A DNA stretch of 57,523 nt. Source: Pseudomonadota bacterium (GTDB lineage: Bacteria > Pseudomonadota > Gammaproteobacteria > Burkholderiales > Burkholderiaceae_C). Shown here piece after piece: positions 37,084 through 46,520 of this stretch (its first letter is position 1; every line of letters starts with the position of its first letter). The position numbers and the translations under genes were made by a program. A model generated the notes under the pieces. That model had not been told where the DNA came from. It was given only the letters and a program-made list of their open reading frames with translations, and searched no databases. Where the stretch lies: assembly GCA_023410975.1 (NCBI GenBank), contig JAEYPG010000150.1, forward strand, positions 1 to 57,523. Reading direction: 5' to 3'.

Positions 37084-37564
37084 GCTTCTTCAAAGCCCGC
37101 TGTCGAAAAGCGCGTCGTCACCGCCATAAAAGCGCGCTTTCTAACCGCCACCGACACCTGGTGCCGGACGCAACCGTGTACGAATGGCTCCTGGATGAGG
37201 CGGCTCACGACCAGCCGAGCCTTTGTATGGCGGAATAGGGATTTTGAATCAAGAGACTTGGTGCTGCTTGCTACGGTCACCTGCGCAATGCCGCCTCATG
37301 CCTGCTGCGGTCCGTGGCACTCACGCAAGCACGAATGCATATGGAGGTGCTCATGACGGCAGTTGCCGACTTTGCGCTGATGGCGCCCCGTCCGCAGTGC
37401 CGACTGACAGGAACACACCGGATGGCCTCCGGCAGCGCTGGCTGGCGGTGTACGCAGGTGACCGCACCTGGGGCAGGCCGGGCTGTGCACGGCTGGATGC
37501 GGCGTAGGGACAGGGCATGCCTGCTCCACAAAGGTAAAGCAGGCACGGGGACCGCGCGCCGGGC

Positions 37565-37996
37565 TCAGCCGTGTCCCGCGCCCGAGGCATGCCACTCGCA
37601 CAACACTTCCTGGCTTGGCGTGAATCTCAGTGTTCCCGGGCTGCCACAGCGCACGCAGGTGGCCAACGCCAGATCCTCGGCGGTGCGTACCAGGTCATCC
37701 AGGCCGTCGCGCAGGCGCTGCTCCTGCGGGCTGACGACCCGGCCCTCCACCCACGGCGACAGCGCAAAGTAGAAGCGCAGGCCGCCGAACTTCTCCTTGA
37801 TCTGCCGGACCTGGAAGGTGGCAGCCTGGTGATCATCGAGCCGGGCATCGAATGCAGCGCACAGCGTGTCGAGGATCCGCAGCCACCCCGGCGGCACATG
37901 GCTCATCGCCAAGGGGCGAGCGCCCTTGAACAGCCGCGGGTACCGCTCGATCAGGAGATCGAGGAAGTCGTCGTCGCCAGCCTGCTGCCTCGTCAT
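37565..37996 (-). CDS. Phage/plasmid-type conserved hypothetical protein (QIKEKFGGLRFY motif, C-terminal CxxC...CxxH)
   Basis: VPPGWLRIL, QIKEKFGGLRFY, TCVRCGSPG, LCEWH. AAGGA RBS. Confidence 0.8.
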   Translation of the reverse strand: MTRQQAGDDDFLDLLIERYPRLFKGARPLAMSHVPPGWLRILDTLCAAFDARLDDHQAATFQVRQIKEKFGGLRFYFALSPWVEGRVVSPQEQRLRDGLDDLVRTAEDLALATCVRCGSPGTLRFTPSQEVLCEWHASGAGHG

Positions 37997-38063
37997 GGGG
38001 GAGTCCTTCCATTGAGCTCAGACAAGCGTGCCGTCCTCCGGCCGAGCCTGGTCCATGCCGTCG

Positions 38064-38606
38064 TTAGCAACTGCCAGACGTTCCCCCTCGGCACGCAGAC
38101 AAACTCTCCGTCGACGGTTGCACCCCAACAATCAATAGTTTTTCTGGGATTTCTTTGATTCGCCGCCCTCTTTCGTTGGCAGAAGTCGTATTCACATCAT
38201 TCGCAGCAGGTTCTGGGGTGTTGAAATAGTTGCTGGCATATAAATCCAAGATCTCCTGCCACTCGTCACCTGCTTTGTCAAAGTTGAGAATTAGAATAAC
38301 ACATCCATTAATTTTCCCTGCGTAGATTTCACTCACTGCGTGAGCTATATTTATTATCAAGTTGTCGACTGGATCTTGAGAACGATCCAGTTGGAATAGC
38401 TTGAATTTCTTTTCATTTGCAAATTCTTCGACGCATGCGGTCATGTCTTTGTCTGCCGAGCCAGATAGGATCGGAATTTGCAATTCTTGCAGAGACGGTT
38501 CTCTGATGATTTCTTGGCCGTCGCCTTCGAGCTTCCCGCGGCGGACGACTTCAACGTTCGCCTCGTAGGCACGAACAAGCATTGTTTTTATCTTCTCGAG
38601 GTCCAT
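38064..38606 (-). CDS. Low-GC hypothetical protein resembling a degenerate AAA+ (MoxR-like) domain
   Basis: AGGGG RBS. PILSGSADKDMT (eroded Walker A), CVILILNFDKA (eroded Walker B), IPEKLLIVG. Confidence 0.5.
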   Translation of the reverse strand: MDLEKIKTMLVRAYEANVEVVRRGKLEGDGQEIIREPSLQELQIPILSGSADKDMTACVEEFANEKKFKLFQLDRSQDPVDNLIINIAHAVSEIYAGKINGCVILILNFDKAGDEWQEILDLYASNYFNTPEPAANDVNTTSANERGRRIKEIPEKLLIVGVQPSTESLSACRGGTSGSC

Positions 38607-39613
38607 TTGGTTTTCCCCTGAAATCACGATGAATATAGCGTGTCCAACATGTTGAAGATATTCGTTGAGAGCCATGGCGGTACACAACATTGAATAACTT
38701 TTGTTGGAGTGAGTCGCCTGCAATGGCGACACTAGACACAGTGTACCTGCGATAGGTTGTGATGGCAACGATTTGGCCCTATCACTTGCCATGCGCTGCG
38801 AGCAGTTTTCTGCCATTGCTACTGATCGGCGCATTGACGCTCAACTCCACCAGGCTTTCAGAGGGGCCAGCATGGGACAGCTGTTTTGAGAGGAGCCGTC
38901 GGCTGGTAAGGCTCGTCAACTGCGTATTCGGAAGCTGCATGAAGTTGGCTGGACGCAGGCGCAGATTGCCGGGCGCTTGGCGTCATGCCGGGTGCAGTTT
39001 CGCAGTGAACGCTCCGAGCCCGCGAATGCAATGGCATTGCAGGGTTGCGCAAACGCAGCGTCCCCGAGGCTGCGTACAACAAACGCCGAGTTCAACAATG
39101 GTCCAGTTGCTGGTTTGGCTGGACAAAGGAGCGTCAAGCGCCAAACGCAGGCGGCGCAGCAGGCACTGGGCATTGCGTCAGCCTATCTCCCGCAAGGCCG
39201 GATGCCCGCCCGGGTCGTGGTCGCCGGCGCTGCGCTGGTGACAGCCGCCCTGGTGAGCATCCTGGCGCAGCTCGGCCGCGGCGACTCCCCGTGATGGCGC
39301 TTTCCGCGTCCGGCCCCGGTGGCTTTCCTGTCAGCGGCTCCGGCATGGCCTTGCGCCTCGATGGCCTGCCTTCAAGGGGAAAGTCGCTCGCTTGGCGGGC
39401 ATACTGCCGCCCCATGCGAAACGAGGTCCGAACCACAGGGACGGTGTGCCTTGCAATCGGGGGCCCGCCAAGTGTCGCGATGGATGCGCGCTTGCGCTCG
39501 GCGATGCTGTGCCTGCAGGAGCTCCGGGGCGCGCCGACCCTCGAGGCCTGCCACGCGGCAGCCGTCCTGGCCGGCGTGAGCCTGATCGACGCGGATGACT
39601 ATTCGCAGGTTTG

Positions 39614-39776
39614 GGCCATGTGGACACATCGCTCCGCATGAAAATCAAAGGCTTGGCAGAAAGGATGTGTCGCCCGCGTCGCTGGCCATGTGGACACATC
39701 GGGCGTCGTCGTGTCCACACGTTCGCGAGCTCTCGATCGGCCGAGGCCCTCTGGTGGCTTGCCGGATGTGTCCATG
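39614..39776. repeat. Cluster of direct and inverted TGGACACATC-type sites
   Basis: GGCCATGTGGACACATCG at 39614-39631 and 39684-39701. Inverted GTGTCCACA at 39711, GATGTGTCCA at 39765, partial GATGTGTC at about 39664. Confidence 0.7.
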
Positions 39777-39939
39777 CCGCCAGAACCAGCCACAACGCTG
39801 TTTTGAGCCCGAACCCGCTAGTAGACGAGTGCGACGACGGTGCCTGCTGCTGTCCGCGGTGTCCGTGGCGCTGCACGGCGGCCAACTGGCGCGCGCGTCC
39901 GGACAGCGCCAGCAGCGCCAATTTCCAGGGGAGGTTGTG

Positions 39940-40554
39940 ATGGAGCGCGTTGCCGTCCTCGACTTCGAGACCACGGGCCTGAGCCCGGACATGGGTGACC
40001 GGCCCACCGAGATCGCCATCGCGCTGGTGGAGGGCAGCCGCATCGTCGAGCGGTTCCAGAGCCTCATGAACCCGGGTCGGCGCATTCCGGCCTTCGTCAC
40101 CGAGCTCACCGGCATCACCAACGCCATGGTGGCTGCGGCACCCATGGTGGGCGAAGTCATGCGCGAGGCCGCCCGCTTCGTCGGCTCCCTGCCGGTGGTG
40201 GCGCACAACGCGTCGTTCGACCGCAAGTTCTGGGTGGCCGAGCTGCAGCGGCTGGCGCTGGATGCCGACAGCCCTTTTGCCTGCACTATGCTGCTCTCGC
40301 GCCGCCTGTACCCCGAGTGCACGAGCCACAAGCTCGGCGTCCTGGTGGAAGCGCTGCAGCTTCCAAAGCCTGGCCGCGCCCACCGCGCGATGGTGGACGC
40401 GGAGATGGCCAGCCACCTGTGGTGCCGCATCCATGCCGACGTGGCCCGGCGCTGGGGCGTCACGCAGGTGAACCACGCGCTCCTGTCGCGTGCGCAGGCC
40501 GCGCCCCGCGCGCAGATCGAGCGGTTTTTCTCGCAGCAGTGCCAGGCTGCCTGA
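39940..40554 (+). CDS. DEDDh 3'-5' exonuclease (DnaQ-like)
   Basis: VLDFETTGL, VAHNASFD, HRAMVDA. GGAGG RBS. Confidence 0.92.
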   Translation: MERVAVLDFETTGLSPDMGDRPTEIAIALVEGSRIVERFQSLMNPGRRIPAFVTELTGITNAMVAAAPMVGEVMREAARFVGSLPVVAHNASFDRKFWVAELQRLALDADSPFACTMLLSRRLYPECTSHKLGVLVEALQLPKPGRAHRAMVDAEMASHLWCRIHADVARRWGVTQVNHALLSRAQAAPRAQIERFFSQQCQAA

Positions 40555-40580
40555 GCATTCAGGCAGCCACCCCCGCCACG

Positions 40581-41198
40581 ATGAGTACCGAACCCGTCAT
40601 CCATCGCAAGCAGCGCCGTGTCGTGATCGTCGCCAGCGAGCAACGCCAGGCCGCATCGGTACCGGCCATTGCTCAGACAAAGGCGCACAGGCCGGTCCTC
40701 ACGCTCAAGGCCAGGGCCTCGACGCCGGTCGCTGCGCCACCACACGCCGGGGAGGCCGACAGCGCGGGCGTGCCGCCCGCCAGCGGCCGGCAGGAGCCCT
40801 TGAGCAGCGCCGAGCGCCAGTGCCGCCAGGCGGCCAAGGCCGCTGCCGCGCTCCGTGTGCTCGCGGAGCACTTCCCATGCCTCTTCAACAGCGTGCGGCC
40901 CATGGCCATCGGCACCGGCAAGGTTCTCGACGCCGAGCGCAAGGCCGGCCGCCTGCCGCTGGGCTGCATCCCGCTCAAGCTGGCGCTGGTCGCCTGGGCC
41001 ACCTCCGACGCCTACTTCGAGGCCGTCGCAGCCGGCGGCGCGCGCTTCAACCTGGCCGGTGGCACTGAGGGGGAGGTGACGCCCGAGCAGGTCGCCTACG
41101 CCCTCAAGAAGCTCGGGAAGCGCCGTGAATCAGCCGCAGCCGGGCAGACACTGGCGGGCGACGACGGGGTGCGCCCCGCGGGCGGGCCTGCGGCTTGA
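40581..41198 (+). CDS. ProQ/FinO-domain RNA chaperone
   Basis: FPCLF..RPMAIG, LKLAL..W...DAY, GGARFNLAGGTEGEVTPEQ. Confidence 0.8.
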   Translation: MSTEPVIHRKQRRVVIVASEQRQAASVPAIAQTKAHRPVLTLKARASTPVAAPPHAGEADSAGVPPASGRQEPLSSAERQCRQAAKAAAALRVLAEHFPCLFNSVRPMAIGTGKVLDAERKAGRLPLGCIPLKLALVAWATSDAYFEAVAAGGARFNLAGGTEGEVTPEQVAYALKKLGKRRESAAAGQTLAGDDGVRPAGGPAA

Positions 41199-41348
41199 TC
41201 CCGTTCAGCCTGGTTGTGCCGCGCCGGCATCCGTGATGCTGCTGCTGGCCCACCGGGCGGCCAGGGTAGCGATGCGGACATCGGTGGTCGAGCGGCCGCC
41301 GTGCCGAGGCACGCATGATCGGTGCGGGTGCCCCAGGGGAAAAGGAGC

Positions 41349-41834
41349 ATGATGGATCGGAGTGGGCTGCTGGACGCCTGTCGCCGCGACAGTGCTCGTC
41401 TGGCCAGGGCCTATTGCCTCGGCCGCATCGGGCGCGGCGTCATCGAGCTGTGGCCCGAGAGCAGGCTCGAACCGTCCACGAGCACAGCAGCAGCCCCGTT
41501 CGATGCCTCACCCTGGCTGGACCACGAGCTGTTCGGACTGCTGCCGCTGGGCTGGCACGCAGCGACGGACGGGCACGGCACCGTGCTGGTGCAGTGCGCG
41601 CCGGAACCCGGCGAGCTGGTGATCGAAGCCTGCAACCTCATCGAGCGCATGGCCGCGGGCATGGAGTCTGCGCCGGCCGACTGGAGCCGGCTGCCTCAGG
41701 ATCAACGCTCGCAGCTGCTGGCCGCGCGGTTGATGATCGAGGCCGACGCCGCGCGGCTGATCGCGCAGCGCGTGATCTGGCGGCTGGCAACGCTGCAGCC
41801 CGACGCACGGCATACCGGGCCGAGCGAGCGCTAG
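41349..41834 (+). CDS. Hypothetical protein
   Basis: AAGGAG RBS, 161-aa ORF with GC3-rich codons. Confidence 0.6.
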   Translation: MMDRSGLLDACRRDSARLARAYCLGRIGRGVIELWPESRLEPSTSTAAAPFDASPWLDHELFGLLPLGWHAATDGHGTVLVQCAPEPGELVIEACNLIERMAAGMESAPADWSRLPQDQRSQLLAARLMIEADAARLIAQRVIWRLATLQPDARHTGPSER

Positions 41835-42292
41835 ATATCGGTTCTGGACAGCCGGTGGCATGCGACCCAGCACGTGGCTCGGTGCGATCCTCGACTGCTC
41901 ACCGACAACATGGCCGGCATGAGCAGCATCGGATCGCACGGGTGCGTGTTGGCGCTTTCGTCAAACCGGCGCTTGCCGTTAACCGAGACGCTCCAATGAA
42001 CTGAAATGATGCGTGCGCATCAATGGAGATTATGTGAAATTGGATGCGGGCGCATCTACATTGATCGTGACCCATGCCGCCAGGACGAGGGCAACTCAGG
42101 CTTGTGCCCGGAAGTCCGCTTGGTGCCCGTTGCGGTCCCAGCCAGCCGGTCGATGAATTACTGCTCTGCAGCGAAGGACTAAACCGCTCGCGCGGTAGGG
42201 CTCCGGCAAGGTATTGGCGGCACATCGAGGTAGCGGTTCTGCGAAGTTGACGGGCGAGGCAATCCGCCTCGCTCATCGACTGGAGCAGAGCC

Positions 42293-43168
42293 ATGGACGC
42301 TACGACACCCCGCATCTCGCCGCTGCGTCAACGGATGATCGACGACATGTGCATGCGCAAGTTGGAGCCCAAGACCCAGAGCGGCTACATCCGCGCCGTG
42401 TGCAGGTTCGCCGAGTTTCTGGGCCGCTCGCCAGACAGCGCTACTGTTGAGGATCTTCGGCGCTTCCAGTTGCGGCTGGTCGACACCGGTACATCACCCA
42501 TGACGCTCAATGCGACGCTGTGCGGCCTGAGGTTCTTCTTCGACGTCACCCTTGGCCGGGGCGAGCTGATGGCCAAGATGCAGCCGGTGCGGGTGCCGCA
42601 GAAGCTGCCCGTCGTGCTCAGTCCCGAGGAGGTTGCGCGCCTGATCGCCGCCGCGCACAACCTGAAGCACCAGACAGCGCTCTCGGTTGCCTACGGCGCG
42701 GGCCTTCGCGTGAGCGAGGTGGTCGCGCTGAAGGTGGGCGACGTCGATAGCCAGCGCATGACGCTGCGCGTGGAACAGGCCAAGGGCCGCAAGGACCGCT
42801 ACGCCATGCTCTCGCCGCTGTTGCTCGAGCGGTTGCGTACGTGGTGGCGCGTTGCCCATGCACAGGGCAAGATGTTGCCCGGCGGTTGGTTGTTCCCGGG
42901 GTTGAACCCCGTCGAGCCGCTGACAGCGCGGCAGCTCAACCGCGCCATCCACGACGCCGCCGAGGCCGCGCACCTCGACAAGCACGTGTCAATGCACTCG
43001 CTGCGGCATGCCTTTGCGACCCACCTGCTGGAGCAGAAGGTCAACATCCGAGTGATCCAGGTCCTGCTCGGCCACAAGCAGTTGGGGACCACGACGGTCT
43101 ACGCCCACGTCGCCACCGAACTCTTGCGCCAGGTGGTCAGCCCGCTGGAGGTTCTGCCGACACCGTAG
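42293..43168 (+). CDS. Tyrosine recombinase (IS91-associated)
   Basis: YGAGLRVSE, KGRKDR, HSLRHAFATHLLE, LLGHKQLGTTTVY. Confidence 0.95.
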   Translation: MDATTPRISPLRQRMIDDMCMRKLEPKTQSGYIRAVCRFAEFLGRSPDSATVEDLRRFQLRLVDTGTSPMTLNATLCGLRFFFDVTLGRGELMAKMQPVRVPQKLPVVLSPEEVARLIAAAHNLKHQTALSVAYGAGLRVSEVVALKVGDVDSQRMTLRVEQAKGRKDRYAMLSPLLLERLRTWWRVAHAQGKMLPGGWLFPGLNPVEPLTARQLNRAIHDAAEAAHLDKHVSMHSLRHAFATHLLEQKVNIRVIQVLLGHKQLGTTTVYAHVATELLRQVVSPLEVLPTP

Positions 43169-43177
43169 GTCGCCTTC

Positions 43178-44365
43178 GTGGCGCGACCCGCCCTCGAAGT
43201 CGCCGACATCTTCCGCACGCACGGCCCGCTCTGGCGCCATGCTCAGCATGGCCACCTGAGCCTGGGCCAGCTCAAGGTCATGTCGGCCATCGAACAGTGC
43301 CGCAGCGCGGCGCTGGGCGGACACGTGCTGCGCTGCGAACGCTGCGGCATCGATGAGGTCTCCTACAACTCCTGCCGCAATCGTCATTGCCCGAAGTGCC
43401 AGAGCGGCGCGGCCAAGCGCTGGCTCGAGGCGCGGCGGGCCGATCTGCTGCCGGTGGAGTATTACCACGTGGTCTTCACCCTGCCGGCGCCGATCGCCGA
43501 CATCGCGTACTACAACAAGGCCATCGTCTACGGGCTGCTGTTCGACGTCGCGGCCGAGACGCTACTGACCATTGCTGCCGATGCGAAGCACCTCGGCGCT
43601 GCCATTGGCGCAACGCTGGTGCTGCACACCTGGGGGTCGGCGCTGACACACCATCCCCACGTGCATGGCATCGTGCCTGGCGGCGGCCTCTCGCCCGACA
43701 GCACACGCTGGATCGCCTGCCGGCCGGGGTTCTTCCTTCCGGTACGCGTACTCTCGCGGCTGTTCCGTCGGCGCTTCCTCGAAGAGCTGCAGCGGCAGCA
43801 CCGGGCCGGCCAACTGCACTTCTTCGGTGAGCATGCTGACCTTGCCGAGGCCGGCAACTTCGCTCGTTGGATCGCGCCGCTGCGCCAGTGCGAGTGGGTC
43901 GTCTACGCAAAGCGTCCCTTCGCCGGCCCCGAAGCTGTGCTGGCCTACCTCTCGCGCTACACGCATCGAGTCGCCATCTCCAACAGCCGTCTTGTCGCCC
44001 TGGACGAGCACGGCGTGACGTTCCGCTGGAAGGACTACCGTGACAAGGGCAGGACGCGTCACAAGGTCATGACGCTCGATGCCGGCGAGTTCGTGCGGCG
44101 CTTCCTGCTGCACGTGTTGCCCGGCGGCTTCCATCGCATTCGCCACTACGGACTGCTGGCCAACGGCTGTCGTAAGGCCAACCTGATGCTGGCGCGGCAA
44201 CTTCTGTCGGCACCGGTGAATGTCCAGGCCGACACGGCCGATGTCGACATCGGCGCCATCGCGGCAACCTTCATCTGCCGGCACTGCGGCAACGCCATGT
44301 TCGTGCTGCAGACCTTCATGCGATCGCAGCCGATTCGCGCGCCGCCTCCACGAGCTGGACCGTGA
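43178..44365 (+). CDS. IS91-family rolling-circle transposase
   Basis: Zn domain SCRNRHCPKCQ, HVVFTLP, HUH motif HPHVH, YLSRY (Y2), RIRHYGLLAN. Confidence 0.95.
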   Translation: MARPALEVADIFRTHGPLWRHAQHGHLSLGQLKVMSAIEQCRSAALGGHVLRCERCGIDEVSYNSCRNRHCPKCQSGAAKRWLEARRADLLPVEYYHVVFTLPAPIADIAYYNKAIVYGLLFDVAAETLLTIAADAKHLGAAIGATLVLHTWGSALTHHPHVHGIVPGGGLSPDSTRWIACRPGFFLPVRVLSRLFRRRFLEELQRQHRAGQLHFFGEHADLAEAGNFARWIAPLRQCEWVVYAKRPFAGPEAVLAYLSRYTHRVAISNSRLVALDEHGVTFRWKDYRDKGRTRHKVMTLDAGEFVRRFLLHVLPGGFHRIRHYGLLANGCRKANLMLARQLLSAPVNVQADTADVDIGAIAATFICRHCGNAMFVLQTFMRSQPIRAPPPRAGP

Positions 44366-45005
44366 ACTCCTTTGCCTGCCACCCCAAGCGCATGCCGGCT
44401 CATCACCAAGCGGAGCCAGCCGGGCATGCTCGCGTGCGACGCCCAGTTCTCCACCCTCGAAACCCGGCACTGACTCGCATCGCGACGTGCTCTTGCGCCA
44501 CACGCGCTACCGTCACCCTGATCGCTGCCTTCCCGGCCGGCCGAGTCACCATCACACCTGCAGTACTGGTGCCCCAATCGCCATAGCTTCGGTGTTTCCT
44601 GCACCGTCGCGGTATGGCCCGCGGTTTCCTCCTTCGAGGTTTATCCAACACCTGCCCTCAGGTTGCTGCCACGCCAGCGTTGTTATCGCGCGCGGGCAGG
44701 TGTCGGACAAACCTTAACGAAAGCGGCCGTCCGATTATTAACATGGTCTGCACACAATTTCTATCAAAATTTATGCGAACTGATTCAATAAAAGCGCTCA
44801 GTGCAAATTTCTTGAAAGGGGTGACTTTACACTGTCGCTGGTCGGCGCCCGAACAGAAACAGGCTGCCTGCACAAGCCAATAACGTAGGCTAGGGATTGT
44901 GTTTTTAAGCATGAACGATTAGCGTAATCGGCAAACCTCAAGCTGTATTGCATGGGTCTAACGCAATATCTTTAAACGTGTATTCAAAAGGAGTTTGGAG
45001 CTCGT

Positions 45006-45482
45006 ATGGAAAGAACGACAAGGATTAATATCGGAACCATGAACGCGCCAGGTGGCTACCTGGGAATTACCTACATACCGGAACAAAGCTCCATACATTT
45101 ATTTGCCTTTACTGGGGATTCTAGAACGAAAGGTGTTAGCCTTATTCTTGGTGATAGCAAGCTCCAGGAACTCAAATCGTTGATTACGAAGCTGGAGGAA
45201 ACAATTGAAGAAGAAAACAAAAGACGACTTGCGGCACAAGCCAAAACTCCACCTGCGCGTATTCATCTGGAAGAAAGTGGAGTTGTAATTCAATTAGAAG
45301 ATTCCAGTACTACAATTCCATTGGCTATTTATAGGGAAGCTTTTGAGTTTGTTAGAGATGGAAAAACAATCCTTGCGGCGTCACACATCAGTAAGTCTTT
45401 GGCGTGGATCGATAATGAAGGAGCAAGAGCTGTCGCCCAAGCAATATGCGACCATCAGAGATTGCATGGGCGAAGGAAATAG
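45006..45482 (+). CDS. Hypothetical protein (low GC)
   Basis: GGAG RBS, 158-aa ORF in AT-rich DNA. Confidence 0.7.
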   Translation: MERTTRINIGTMNAPGGYLGITYIPEQSSIHLFAFTGDSRTKGVSLILGDSKLQELKSLITKLEETIEEENKRRLAAQAKTPPARIHLEESGVVIQLEDSSTTIPLAIYREAFEFVRDGKTILAASHISKSLAWIDNEGARAVAQAICDHQRLHGRRK

Positions 45483-45622
45483 GCGATATTCCGGCTGTTT
45501 GTGATATGCCTGCTATTGAGTGCCCTAAGATGACATGGTCGACTGTGAATCTAAGGCAAAAAGTAGGCGACTGACAGTTTTGTTGCCACTTTTACTGACG
45601 TTGGTGAGCTATACTGTGCACC

Positions 45623-46201
45623 GTGGCTTTCTATCAGAACATGAAAGATATTGATTTTGATAGCGGCGGACCCTTGTCCGATGATCCAGAGGATGTTTAT
45701 GCTGACGCCAAGCACCCTCAAGTCGAAGCAACAGCAACAAAAGCACTTCGCCTTGCTTTGGCAGAAGCAAAGGAACATGCTTTCTCGACAGCCGATCTTT
45801 GGGACGTATTTATAGAATTCTTGCGGCGATATCAGTATGGACAGTTCATGGATGGCTTGACTTCTGATATTAAGGATGATTTAAAAAATTCGATTGCTGA
45901 AGAGTACTATATAGAGCTGCGCGCAGAAGCATTAGCTAATCTAAAAAAAGACCTCAAAGAGGAGTACGAGGAAAAGATTTATTCTGAAATCTACGATGAA
46001 ATGGAGGCTCGCCTTCAAAAAGAAATTGAAGAAAAACTGCGTCTAGAGATAGAGGAGGATCTTCGAGGGAAAATCAGAGCGCAACTTATGAGTGAGCTAA
46101 AGCCCCAAGTGGAGAACGCTCTTAAGGTTGAGTTAATGGGTAATCCAGATTTCGTTGATGAGGCAAAGAGGGAAATTAAGAGGAAAATACTAGGTCTTTG
46201 A
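45623..46201 (+). CDS. Acidic coiled-coil hypothetical protein (low GC)
   Basis: 192-aa E/K-rich ORF in AT-rich DNA. Confidence 0.7.
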   Translation: MAFYQNMKDIDFDSGGPLSDDPEDVYADAKHPQVEATATKALRLALAEAKEHAFSTADLWDVFIEFLRRYQYGQFMDGLTSDIKDDLKNSIAEEYYIELRAEALANLKKDLKEEYEEKIYSEIYDEMEARLQKEIEEKLRLEIEEDLRGKIRAQLMSELKPQVENALKVELMGNPDFVDEAKREIKRKILGL

Positions 46202-46520
46202 GGCGTAATTTATTATTATTTTAACCTGACAAGTGTTAATTTGGTTATTGAGGATCGATAAATGCTCGTAATAAGTAGGCGCGATTGCGTGGCATCAGCG
46301 TGAAAAGGGTGCAAGGTCCAATGCGCTGCGTAATGAGCGTAATGAGCGTCATGCGTCCTACGGTGCAGACCAGCGCAGCGGTCAATCATGGACGGCCGGT
46401 TCTGGCCGTTTGGCAGTGTCCGCTGCAGACTACCCTGCAGCGAACGCTAACACCCTCCTGTGGTCCATGATTTGCAGCGTCCGGCCAGAAGTGTAAATTC
46501 CCAAACATCGGGCTCGTTGT

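Larger units (their letters stand above)
35277..37156. mobile_element. Non-autonomous IS21-type element (TG...CA, ~55-bp imperfect IRs, 5-bp TSD CCTGG)
   Basis: Left end TGTTGGCGGCGGTCTAAAAACGCGGTTTTCCGGCGGTCACGACGCGCTTTTCG. Right end (reverse complement) TGTCGGTGGCGGTTAGAAAGCGCGCTTTTATGGCGGTGACGACGCGCTTTTCG. CCTGG at 35272-35276 and 37157-37161. Confidence 0.85.
34721..37238 (+). pseudogene. PD-(D/E)XK-like nuclease gene split by insertion (34721-35276 + 37162-37238)
   Basis: FRELDGVF...VLEVKAS motif. Removing 35277-37161 restores the frame ...GLCVALVPDATVYEWLLDEAAHDQPSLCMAE*. Confidence 0.75.
42127..44716 (+). mobile_element. IS91-like element carrying a tyrosine recombinase and a Y2 transposase (ends approximate)
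   Basis: Coupled integrase + transposase genes. Sharp drop in GC after about 44720. Flanks rejoin into a CCGCTT..AAGCGG hairpin. Confidence 0.7.

Noticed and set aside
38759..39641. Several overlapping ORFs in the 38.7-39.6 kb gap
   Set aside because: No recognisable motifs, RBS or consistent codon bias.
46328..46354. Short tandem GCGTAATGA repeat
   Set aside because: Only 2-3 degenerate units, with no functional context.
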